Shown here: one piece after another, positions 51,705 to 63,450 of the stretch | How the letters are laid out: every line of letters begins with the position of its first letter | Position numbering within the stretch: the stretch's first letter is position 1 | DNA from: Pavona decussata | Taxonomy: Eukaryota | Length of the DNA stretch: 64,000 nucleotides | Direction of reading: 5' to 3' | Assembly (NCBI GenBank): GCA_977016875.1 | Contig: CDRNST010000354.1 | Span: 806,001 to 870,000 of the forward strand | Program-made: the position numbers and the translations under genes | Notes under the pieces: generated by a model | What the model saw: only the letters and a program-made list of their open reading frames with translations | The model's database searches: none | What the model was told of the DNA's origin: nothing

Positions 51705-52310
51705 TTACTCTAACTCCATGACACCTAACAGTTCTGAGTCATTGGAGGTACCAGAATGTTCATCAGCCGAAGAACCGTTTTTATAGATTCCACCATACCC
51801 AAGATCAAAGTTCCAGGACAAATCGTCCTCACAGTTTAAGTCACAAGACATGTCTAATTCAAAATCTTCAAATACATCTCTGACCATGTACAAAATGTCT
51901 ACTGCATGTTGCCTTTTGAACACAGGGTTCAAACTAATCACATCATCCACAGTAAAAATGTACTTGCAAGTTTTTAATACAGACTTTATCAGCGCATCAG
52001 AGAAACCGGTTGTTGTCTCAGACGACAGAACATAGCCAGCACATCTTTTGTTTAGTTCTTCCTGGTGGTCATCTAAAAGTGCCTTAAGTTCTTCCTTCTG
52101 GTATTGCTCAACACTTCTTGTCTTATGCCCCTGCAAATTGTTGGCGGGAGAATGAACTGAAACATACTCTGATAGTTCCACTTCACAACTGTCCCCGAGG
52201 CAAACTGCATGGCAAATCACACAAAAGTCGTGTGCGACATAAGTCGACGATGCTGTTGCTCCAAATTTCGTTAGAAGCACTTTTGGAAAGCAAATGTACT
52301 TGAAAGGTCT
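51705..52310 (-). pseudogene. C-terminal remnant of a RecQ-like helicase of AcademH type, convergent with the transposase
   Basis: CFPKVLLTKFG..HDFCVICHAVCLGDSC (RecQ Zn-binding-like) and TGFSDALIKSV..IFTVDDV..PVFKRQHAVDIL; helicase motor motifs are absent. Confidence 0.55.
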
Positions 52311-52509
52311 TTGTCGACCTAGTGCTTGTAGAGATAAATGTTGGGCCGATCAGGACTAACCATTAAGAGAAAACAATTAGTTTGTAGCCAGCCAACACAG
52401 ACGAACACTGGGCCATTTCACACCGTGCCATTTGTCTTAAGAAAGGCGCACTTTTGAGCTCGCAAAAACAAGTTGTGTCATGCGGTTGTCAACTTGACAT
52501 CATTTCATT

Positions 52510-53116
52510 ATGGCGGCCGATGTTAACTGTGTGATTAGTACCATTCGTACTACATTTAAAGACGTAAACTTTGAAAACAGATTTGCCTTCGAAGACGAGA
52601 TACAGAACGCCTTGCACTTACTGGTTGAGAGGCATCGAGTAGGTACAGGGTCAATACAAGAAGTTCTTTGCTCCCAAATCGCCGCACGGAGATATAATGT
52701 TGGAGGAAATACAGCATTGGATAGCAACAATAAAAAGAAGGTTGACCCCACGAATGAAAGCGCACAATGCCTGACAGATAGATTTTAAACGAGATATTCC
52801 CATTCAAGTGTTTAGTTTATTTTTGAAAGTTGTGTGGAAGGCTCGTAGTGCATTTGGTGTGTCCTACACACAAATTTCTATTCAGTACACAGAGAAAAAG
52901 GGTCTAATCAGGGACTTGTCAGGCTTGGGCCAAATTACTCGTGAAGCAGTGAGGGAATACCTAAACCAAAATTTCCGACGAAGGAGGAGAGGAAGCGCAA
53001 ATGTAATTTGCAACAAGGACAAACCTTTTGCCATCCAACATACTCGGAAGATATCCCAAGTTTTTGTGAAATGCCATTACACTTTCACAAATAAGTTTGG
53101 TTTCATAGGAATTTGA
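52510..53116 (+). pseudogene. orphan ORF with stop/frameshift, possible transposon accessory gene
   Basis: ATGGCGGCC start; ORFs 52510-52788 and 52808-53116 are adjacent and coding-like. Confidence 0.35.
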
Positions 53117-54199
53117 CGGTATTCGGGAGCAAACATATTTGTTTGGGATTTTTTTCATAAATTAACCACCGGTAGGCCAAGACCTACCCCACGTTTTGTC
53201 CGAACCCTTTTTCTTTACCTTGGAAAAGCTGAGTCACATCAACGCCAAGCAAACGCACAACAAACTGTGGCTAGATGTTACAAAACTTCAAGCGTCGAAG
53301 GTGCTATTTTCAGCAGATTTCCCCTCGAATCTAACACAGAAAAGGACAAAGTGTGGAAATCAATCAAGAGAAAGATTATCTCTAAGTGTCACCTTAGTAA
53401 ACATATAAGTAAGCATGCTGGAGAAAGGAAAAAAGTAAGAAATTAAAGATTGTAAAAAATGCTAGCTGACCTAATTCCAAACAAAATGACATAATTTCAG
53501 AACCAGACAGAAGTAAATTACAGGGAACGCAAATAGGAATGTTTAAGGAGCATTAAAGAAATGCTAAGAGAACTTGAGAAATAAAGCATTCCGTTTTAAG
53601 GGGAACGCATTCTCAAAGCCCAAAAAATCCAGTGGAACACATTCCCTTTTGCCGTGTTTAGCAGGCTGAAGCACACCTTTTCACACGTCTTCAATTGTGG
53701 CCTGTGTTTATACACTATTACAAGTATTTAGCAGGTTCACGCCACATCTCTGATCTTTCCCGGGTTATCATGACAGAAAGAACTGTAAAGCTAGGTGAAT
53801 ACAATCGTTTATTTTTACTATTGATCAAGTCAAGTACAGCAATATTCTTTTAATCAAGTTTGAAAAAATGTAAACGTCCCTGTACAAGAGAAAAACATAA
53901 AAGGTGGCAAAATTAAAGACGTGAAGAAGTGGTCGTTGGAAAAAATGGTAAAGACAACAAAGCAAAAGTCGTAGTTCAAAGCAGTAAGTGTACTCTTTCT
54001 TTCCTTTTCATCTCACTTTACATGTAGCTTTAATTTGCGTCAGGCTGTTAGAACGTAATGCAAGACTCCGACATCCTGGGCATAGAGTTTCTTTGCACCT
54101 TTCTTTCTCTCACCGGGATTTTAAGCAATTTCTACCAATACCACAATGTACTAAAATACACAAAGCGTCTCCATGCCATACAGTGGGTAATGTTAGAAT

Positions 54200-54650
54200 T
54201 AAAACACAAAGTGCACTTTTTCAAGCCCAACTCAGTTGTTAGTTCAGTTCATATATATTTAATAACTTAGGCGAAGTAAAACTCAGTCTGGTTTCTTCTC
54301 TATATGTAGAAAAGGCCACAATCCCAAGTAATCATTTTCTTTGGTATCAGAAATATATATAGGTCTAAGTCTAGCTGGATATCCATTTGGCCATACTGTC
54401 TGACAGTATATCAGATACGGGTAAATCATAGCTAGTGTAAATATATATTTTGTAAATTTCTAGCGATAAGTAATGTCTGGCCTTAGCAATTATTCCTGTC
54501 AAAATTTTGATATTTTCTTTGTTACATGGTTTATACGATATAATTTCCAAGAGAGATCTTCATCAATGAACAACACTCAAAATTTTGTATACTTCACTTG
54601 TTCAATTTGTTGTCCATCAATTGTTACTGGAAAACACAAGGACTCCCATT
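54200..54650 (-). mobile_element. decayed CR1/L2-group LINE RT C-terminal fragment
   Basis: Across frameshifts: IDGQQIEQVKYTKF..FIDEDLSWK..HVTKKISK..GIIAKARHYL. Confidence 0.65.
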
Positions 54651-55819
54651 TTTAACACATGAATGTTTTGACTTCCGAATTTCTGATAACAAAGGATCAG
54701 GGAATTGCAAGAAATTTGCATAATGTAACATGTATGAACAATCTGATATAATATTTTCACGATACTATTGAGCTGTTTACTAAAATGATACCTTTTATTA
54801 ACGTTTTTTCAAAAGACATGAATATTTTGGCTTCCGAATTTCTGACAATGAAGGATCAGGGAATTGCAAGTTGAATGACCAAATTTGCATAATGTAACAT
54901 GTAAAAACAATCTGAAATAACATTTTCACAGTACTATTGAGCTGCTTGCTAAAATGACACCTTTAATTAACGTCTTTTCAAAAGACATGATTTAGATTAT
55001 TGCGATGAGCTGTTTATGCAACAAAATGACCATTGGTGACTTATTTTCCAATAATCACCTATTTATTGCAAAATCTCTAATAAAGAACAGTTTTTATGTG
55101 AGTAAAAGTAAAGATATTTTAATTTTTGAGCACCAAAACTTAATTTATTGATTGATTTTTTGAGATGACAGTGAAATCTTGAAATATGGGAATAAAAAAG
55201 GCAAAAACATGCCAGCTTCCATTACACTTCTTTTCGACTCTGTTACATCACCAACCCAACAAATAAGCTTTCTTTTGGATGAATGGCTATTTCGTAATGG
55301 AGATTACAATGGAGATATTAACCTTTCAATTTGTAGTAAATTTGAGGCAACATCAGAAACAATTATTTCTATTTTCTTTCCCCAGTTCACGGTATAATAT
55401 AATTTATTGTTTTACTCTGGAATAAAACATTAAAGTTTTGTGAAGGCATTTTCGTTGTTCAGGTTATAACATTTCTTTTCTTAAGTCGCTATTCCATTCA
55501 TCATCATGCTTTTAAAAAAAATGTGGGTTAGAAGAACAGTAGCCCAATGTCACAACTCCAAGAGGGAATACACACAACATTAGTAATACGATGAGAAACG
55601 ATGCACCCAGGGAGCCGGCGGAGATACCCCTCCCTCTCCACACATGGTCCAGTATACCCCACATAGTAATAGACACATACTTATTATGGGAATCTACTTT
55701 ATACATACATACATACATATATTGAACAGTGATTCCCCAAGGGGCTTTAAAACCAGTATTTGCAATATCAAAAATAATAAGAAAATTAAGAAAAAATTAT
55801 AACAAAATAATGAATTGAC

Positions 55820-56447
55820 AGCCGAGTTTGGATTTCAGGTTATATACTGAACTCAATCCAGGCATTACGTCATTTGGGACAACGGCTGAGTTTAGGTTTC
55901 ATTTTACACATCAAACGCAATCTGACTGTTAAGTCATTTGGGATAACGGCCTAGTTTGGGTTTCATTTTATATATCAAACTCAATCTTGCTGTTAAGTCA
56001 TTTAGGATAGCAGCCAACTTTGGGTTTCATCTCATATAACCAACACAATCCAGCCATTAAGTTATTTGGGATAATGGTGGAGTTTAGATTTCACGTTATA
56101 TACCGAACTTAATCCTGCCATCAAGTCATTTGGGTTAACGACTGAGTTTGGGTTTCATCTTATGTAGCAAACGCAATTCAGCAGTTCACTCATTTGGGTT
56201 TCATTTTATCTACCAAACTCAATGTGGCCTCTAAGTCATTTGGTATAATGGCCGAGTTTGGGTTTCATGTTACATACCCAAATGCAATCCGGTTGTTAAG
56301 TCATTTGGGATAACGGCCGAGCATGGTTTACATGTTACGTACCAAACTTATTCTGGCCATTACCTCATTTAGAATAACAGCCTAATTTGGATATCATGTT
56401 ATATACCGAATGCAATCCGGCCATTAAGTCATCTGCCATAATGGCCA
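55820..56447. repeat. 64-bp minisatellite, ~10 diverged copies
   Basis: (C)ATTTGGG-type anchor at 55871, 55935, 55999, 56063, 56127, 56191; unit approximately GCCGAGTTTGGGTTTCATGTTATATACCAAACTCAATCCGGCCATTAAGTCATTTGGGATAAC. Confidence 0.9.
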
Positions 56448-57505
56448 AATATTGATCAATAAATGGAAATGATCATAAAATTTCAACAAACAAGTAAACA
56501 GCCAAAAAATTCTTGCTATATACCAAACAAGATAATGCCGTAATTCGTAAATATAATAATTCCCTCACTGTACTAACAACTGGACTTGTAATCACCACTT
56601 TAACATGTACCTTTGGCACTCATTTATACCCATTTCATCTTGTTTCAGTATTCAGATGATTGGCTTCTTACTCACCTCATCAACAAACAGCTGAACAAGG
56701 CTGAATTGACGTATGAGGTTGTCTTTTCTGAAATCTTTTAAGCATACATGTATTTCACAAGTTTCGCCAGGTCAGTCCCCACTATGCCTGCTTCTGCTTC
56801 TGGAAATCAGCCCACTTCTTTCTGCATTTCTTCCCTTCAGGAAAATCATCATTATGGCATGCAGAACTATACCCTTCTGCACATCTGGGAAGGCAGTACC
56901 CACCACACATATAGCCGGCACATTTCGGGTACAGCATAGTGACAAATGAGCAAATGGTCTGTAGCTGAGATACCAGGTCGATGTCATAACCTTGTTACTG
57001 CTCAGTGTCTCATCTGTTCCTATCTTGTATTCAATATGGTGGAAAAAGGGCTATTTTGGAGGATTCTGTCCTCTAATAAAAACATGATGAAACACGGAAT
57101 ACAATTTATTTCTTCACAAAACGTCTTAGACATGCATACATTTTTCATATTCATTAACACTGTGTAAGGGTGATAGGCACTTTAAACATAAGATTATGTG
57201 GAAATGCCAAGAGATGTAGATGTCACGCTGGTTTCTAGGTCTCTAGGATATCAAGTTTGCCACACTCTTTCCTCTTTTCTCCCTTTGTGTAAGCTCACTA
57301 ATGGAACATAATAATGCGGATATACTTATATTTATTCCATTAATTAATAAATAAAATGATTCTTGATTAGAAGCATTCTCTCATCATAGGTAGATCCTTT
57401 TTATGACCATATGCAAATTATTTAAGAGAGAAGTATGTGAAAGGACACTGAAAGATGTTCATTTCAGTTGACCTTTGGCAATGACAGGAACGACTGACTT
57501 TCTGC

Positions 57506-58228
57506 CCTTAGCAATAATTCCTATCAAATTTGATATTTTCATTCTTACATGGTTTATGCGATATTTCGTTATCAATGAACAACATTAAAAAAATTGCATA
57601 CTTAACTTGTTGAATTTGTTGTCCATCAATCGTTATTGGCATTTGTTTAGAAAATATAATGACTCCCATTTTTGACACATGAATATTTTGGCTTCCGAAT
57701 TTCTGACAATGAGGGATCAGGGAATTGCAAGTTGAATGGCCAAATTTGCATAATGTAACATGTAAAAACAATCTGAAAAAACATTTTCACAATACTATTG
57801 AGCTGCTTGCTAAACTGACACCTTTAATTAAAATCTTTTTTAAAGACATGATTTAGATTATTGCGATGAGCTGTTTTTTGCAACAAAATGACCATCGGTG
57901 ACTTATTTTCCAATAATCACCCATTTATTGCAATATCTCTAATAAGGAACAGTTTTTAATGGGAGTAAAAGTAAAGATATATAGTAATAATTTAATTTGG
58001 GAGCACCAAAAATCAATTTGATTGTTTTTTGACATGACATAAAACATGGAAGCTTCCATTTCACTTCTTTCGACTCTTTTACATCACCAACCCAACAAAT
58101 AACCTTTGTTTTGGATCAATGGCTATTTCGTAATGGAGATTGCAATTGAGATACTGGCCTTTCAATTTGTAGTAAATTTGAGGCAACATCATAAACAGTT
58201 ATTTCTTTTTCTTTCCCCAGTTCACAAT
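57506..58228. repeat. dispersed direct duplicate of 54478-55395, including the LINE fragment
   Basis: Long shared blocks, e.g. CTTCCGAATTTCTGACAATG..GGATCAGGGAATTGCAAG and CATCACCAACCCAACAAATAA; the first copy has an extra ~160-bp internal tandem duplication. Confidence 0.85.
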
Positions 58229-58238
58229 ATAATGTAAA

Positions 58239-59815
58239 ACTTCCTGGCAAACGTCACTGCATACCACGCATTCTTGGTTAGTTAAAAAGAACGGAACATT
58301 ATAGACAATAAGACGAAAGAATTAGTAATGCTCGCAGAAAAACCTGAGCTCGAATTTTTATACGCTTGGCTCAATTTGGACAAGAATACCACCAAAGCTG
58401 AAATTATCATGGATTTACTCGTAACCGTGAAAGATTCGCTTTAAGGAGATCGAAGTGCTACATTCAATAAGCTGGCATCTCTTGACAAAGATGAAACCAC
58501 ATCCATTCGATCAAAGGTGTCACACAAAACCAACTGCTCTAACAGGTCAACTTCTTCTGGCAGCTCACGTTCTTCAAAGGAAACCCTGATGACTGTGAAA
58601 GCAAGACGTGCCTCTTTAGAACAAAAGATTAAATTTAGTGATGCTATCGAAGAACAACAAAACATGCTAAAGAAATAAAAACTCCAGCAACAACTGAGTG
58701 AAACTTTAGCAGGAGAAGCTGTATACAAGGAAGCGTTGAAAGATGAAGGTCATCTATTTGAACTTGAGCCCAATTGCCACACAAGTCGGAACGGATGATT
58801 GACCGATTCATGAAGCAGTCTGAACTTTCCACCAGACCTCTAAGTCCAACTGCTGGTCTGTTGTCAGTAGTAAATTTTGACACAGGAACCCCAGATGCCC
58901 CCAACTATGGCACAGAACTCCCCGCTGTCTCCATGCCTTTCTAAGCTACCTCGTCTACTGACACTCAAGACCCAAGTTGTGTTGCCCCAGCCTGGGAAGT
59001 TTGAGTCACTGGAGCAGTATTCTCATAAACGTTGGCGAAGAGTTCAGTACCTCGCTAACCAATTCTGGTTGCGCTGGCAGAAAGAATACTGTGCTCAACT
59101 CCCAAAACACCAGAAATGGACTACACCTAAAAGATGTATCAAACAAGGAGACGTCATACTTGTCGGCGACAATGAAGCTCCAAGAAACCAGTGGCCTTCA
59201 GCTGTAGCCACCCGAACATTTCCCAGCAGCGACCAGCTTGGCAGAAAACTGCAGATAATGACTGCCAAAGACGGAGAGAGAAAGTTCTTTGGGCAACCAG
59301 TGCACAAACTTGTGCTACTCTTAGCAAAAGAGGACTTTGAGAACTGATTGATACCCAGGTTCACAAATAGGCTTCATAATCAACGCATATTTGATTCTAT
59401 ATAGTATTTTTATAACTTACTAGGTTTATAAGTAAATGAAGGAAACATTTAGGGAAGAAGTGTAATGGCACCTGCGTGCCTTAGTTTTATTTCATAGTAT
59501 TTTTAGATATTTTCCCTCTTTTAACTACAACACGTCACAAGGATTTTCCGCTAGAGGTCAGATGTCCTCAGCTTTTATACAGCGAAAACGTGTGTCATTT
59601 TCCATAAGGTTCACAGAAATTTGACCAGCACAACGGGAGCAATTATTGCTGTTTAACTCAGAACCTACTAAAGCGTTCCCCTCAACGTATCCTACTACAC
59701 AGGATTGCTGTAAGAGTTGGCACAATAAACCTCTCAGTCTTGTGGAACCTGTGAGTTATTTAGTTTTCTTTTGAGTTTCACGAATCTCTCTGACAACAGA
59801 GCTGATACCACTACA
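58239..59815 (+). mobile_element. internally deleted BEL/Pao element: gag 5' fragment joined to integrase C-terminus, PPT and 3' LTR
   Basis: Ser-rich/coiled-coil gag start (~58480-58800); KRWRRVQYLANQFWLRWQKEY..GDVILV..PRNQWP..PVHKLVLLL; PPT AGGGAAGAAG 59451-59460. Confidence 0.8.
59461..59815 (+). repeat. BEL 3' LTR
   Basis: TGTA...TACA ends directly after the PPT; internal AATAAA near 59724. Confidence 0.7.
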
Positions 59816-61103
59816 CTAGTGCTGAAAGAAAAATTTGGAAGACCATTTTTTACTGACCCCTTCAAATCCCTCAAAATTTAAGAAAACAGAGCAGAGTTGA
59901 CGACCTATTACTATTTAATGCCTTAACATTTCAAGCAATAATTATTGATCACTGGTGATCAAAAATAACCCTGAATTTCTTGCATAAATCAATGGGAAAA
60001 ACCCAAACACAATCTGCAGAAAACCAATAAACATGTTAAGGCAGCAATCATGCACACATTTCCTTTTATATGCATTCTTGAGGAAAGCCATGACTCGTTC
60101 CGAGATGCACCAGGCAACTCACAATACCTGTCGTTTCAGCACTAGTTACTGCTTCAACTAACAGAATGTCTGGAACAGGACCGGTTAACAAAAACTGTGT
60201 GGTGGCCATTTTTTTTTTTAACTTCTGGCCTTTCTTTCAGTCAGGAGAGACTAATATCATCGTGGAGAGAATCACTGTGGAACCGATGATCAGAAGACAT
60301 TTCAGTTTGTTTGAAAGCGGTACTTCAATAGGAGATATTAGAGCTTAGATGCCAATTGAGATAAAATTAGAAGCAATTGTGTTAACTTGTAATTTTGGTT
60401 GTACTGCTTTGTGGGAAATGTGTGAAGAGCAGTCAAATTTACATAAGGTGCTTATATTATGGGCAATTTACATTGAGTAGAACTAAGGTACCTGCTCAGG
60501 CAAATTCGCATGTTTCACATTTAAATAAATTTCGGCATATTTATAGTTTGGTCACCTAACATTAGAAAGATACGATTTTATCCCAGTTCTAGGTACCGAT
60601 AACATTCTAATACTTGACAAAGTTTTGCATTTTTACTAGAAGTCAGTTCCACTGGCTGAGAAAGGATCTGGGTCGGCCATCATGAAAATAGTTGAAAACG
60701 CCAAATTTTCAGGCAGCCATCTCTGGCATAGGGTAGAACAAAGAAGATGGAAATCCAGGAGATTTTCTGAGAGGCGGCATTGGAGGATTTTATGGCTGAA
60801 TTTTCAAGAAATGGGTAGGTTTTTGTGCCATTGGGCATATTAACTTATTGAGGCATTTTGAGCTCAGGCCTTACTAAGGTCCTGATGAAGCGCGTTCAAG
60901 ACTTTATAAAAGGGTGTGGGCCTTTGTTTGGGTAAGTTGCTATATTTTGAAGTACCAAATCCTTTGGTGGCATGGGTTTCTTTATACGTGAGTGGCAAAA
61001 TGGCATGCTGTTTTAGCCTTTGACATTTTTATTATCGTCTACATGTGGACCTACTATGGCATAGAATTTGAAACCCCCACTGCATCTTGGGGGAGGTGGC
61101 TAA

Positions 61104-61610
61104 GGGGCTTTTCACATGATTTCATTATGGAACGAGTTTTGTTCCAGAATGAAGTTTGTGCCGCATTCACATGTGAAAATCGACCGACTCTGCCTCACGT
61201 GGTTTAAGTTCCCGCGCATCAGTTTTGTGAGAGTTTTGCACAAAACGTTGTGCATATTAATGGCAATAGCTGCCACGATTTCGAACAACTTGACCACAGG
61301 GCTGCTTCTTTGGGCCAGACGGAAAAGACAATCACATATGTTGGCGCTAAGTCCAAACTCTGGCTTGCTGTATGCAAATATATTCACTAAAAGAAGAGAA
61401 GAAAGGAGGAGAAGATCACACTGGATAAGGCCAGGAAGGACAGATTTGTGGTGGAGAAACATGATCAAGGGTCTATGCTTTCCTGAGGAATGGAAAAAAA
61501 CTTTCGAATGAGCAAAGAAAACTTTATGGAGCTTGTAGATGAACTGGAACTGTACATTGCACCAAGCCCTAGATCTCCAAGACCGGCACTATCATCAGCA
61601 AAAAAGGAAA
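61104..61610 (+). mobile_element. PIF/Harbinger element left end with transposase N-terminal fragment
   Basis: TAA then GGGGCTTTTCACATG terminus; RRRSHWIRPGRTDLWW..EEWKK.FRMSKENFMELVDEL..I, a HARBI1-like N-terminus; truncated before the DDE core. Confidence 0.75.
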
Positions 61611-62522
61611 AAAAAAGCTTTGCATATCTTACTTAAAACTTTGTGGGAAAGGGGTATTTTTAATTAATGGACTTTCAGGGCAAATTTCTTAATCTCGTGA
61701 TATTTTAAAGTACAAGAGCCAATAACCAAGAGTACATGCATTTTCAGTTGGTAGCCATGTTGAAATCTAAAAAAGGGGCTTGGGGCGAGTCAAAGGCCTT
61801 GGCCTGAGAATAATTTACTGGGAATAAAAGAGGAGAGGTTAGGTTAGTGAGGGCAAACCATTTCGATTACTACTTATTAATTAGCAAATAATTATTAATT
61901 AATTATTAATAACTAATACCCATACCCTACCCTTGTATACCATTACAACAGATATGCTGGGCATAGCACACCAATGTTCATTACGCTTCGTTGCTGTTTT
62001 GATCCTTCGATGTCCGCTCTTCCTTTCTATCGCGAAGCTTAGAAATAGAAACCAAATTATTTCATATTGTTCCCAATGGTTTTTACATACTTTCCTAATG
62101 CTAAGTCATTCTGATAGATGTTTTCTTTCCTCTATTGATGTAACTGTCAATGTGTTATTGGTTTTTTTTCGGCACACTACTTTTAAAGGGCATTGGCTTT
62201 AACTTTTGAAAAGTTTTGGAAGTTTGTTGGCAATTCGTTATGTTTACATCTGCGTTGAAATCAACGTTTCGTTTATTTGGTTGAATGCAAAATTGTAATT
62301 CCACAGTTGGTATGTCATGACAATTGACGGTAGAAGTGTGTTATTTCTCCTTCACAAGCAGATACTGGGTATGCACTAAGGGAAAAAAAAGAAGAAGGAC
62401 CAAAAGTCCAAACAGTCGGAGAACACAGAGTAATTGGCGGATCCTTACAGGATACCTACAACGACTCGCTCTGCTGGGTTAACAGTAGAGAGGTACGATC
62501 GCTGGTTTTTATATTTTTCAGA

Positions 62523-63017
62523 ATGATGGCAGAAGCTCTAGGCGCAGAAGCCCTAGCAGTGTCCTATCAAAGCATGACTATAAACAAGGAGAGCCTCCTG
62601 GCATCTCCACGCCAGGAGGAACAAGTAGATCCTCAAATCGAGGAACAGGTCCACCAAGAAAGGAGGGAAAGAGGACATCGCAGAGAAGAAAGAAGGAGGC
62701 AGGAAGATGAGAACTCGAGAATCAGGGAAAGAGAAAGGAGAGATAGAAGAAGAAGGGAAAGAGAAGAAAGAGATCGGAGGAACGAGGATGAACAAAGGCA
62801 AAGGGATGAAGAAAATAGACGCCAACGCGGTAAGATCATCTACATTTACAATATATGTCACACAGGTATTGGTACCAATGTTATTCTCTTTCAGTGAGAT
62901 GCGACAACTGTGGCCAATAAGCCCACAAGAAGAGAGAATGCTGCAATCCGCGAAAGAGGCCATCAAAGCGAAACACTTTTATCGACTTTTATGGACAGCT
63001 CAGAAACATTATTAATT
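62523..63017 (+). pseudogene. spliced Arg/Glu-rich protein with C-terminal CCHC zinc knuckle carrying a premature stop
   Basis: Intron 62830-62894 (GTAAG..TTTCAG, phase 1) gives ..ENRRQR-VRCDNCGQ*AHKKRECCNP. Confidence 0.55.
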
Positions 63018-63450
63018 AATTTTCAGTTATGCTTTCTTTTGGAAGTTTTTAAGGGAGTTTCCATGTCACCAACCTTTGTGCATTCATAAATAATATTTAA
63101 CAAGGGTGAGAACCATAGGGTAACTTTCAAGACAAGATTATTTTTCACTGCTTGCTCGGCCGTAAAATTGTGGAAAAAAATTGAGAATTCATACCTTATC
63201 AGAAAACCCAAGCTAGTAGGGCTAATAGGCATTTTAAATGGTTATTTGGGTAGTCTCTTATTTTGCAGCCTGTATGAGAATTTTAAGCCTGGAAATTAGC
63301 CAAGGAAATAGTGTGTATTGTCACTGCTATACAGTAAATTGTAACGTATATTCAAAACTATTTTCTAATGCCAAAGTAACGATAATTTCAAAGGTGACAA
63401 TGATTTTCTCTTGGGACTGCCTCCATAGAGCCAAAGGTTGATTGTAAAAA

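Noticed and set aside
55820-56447. CRISPR-like 64-bp periodicity
   Set aside because: The entire unit is homologous between copies, so it is a minisatellite.
62553-62966. Hydrophobic Ser/Leu/Phe-rich minus-strand ORFs
   Set aside because: Antisense of the purine-rich Arg/Glu tract.
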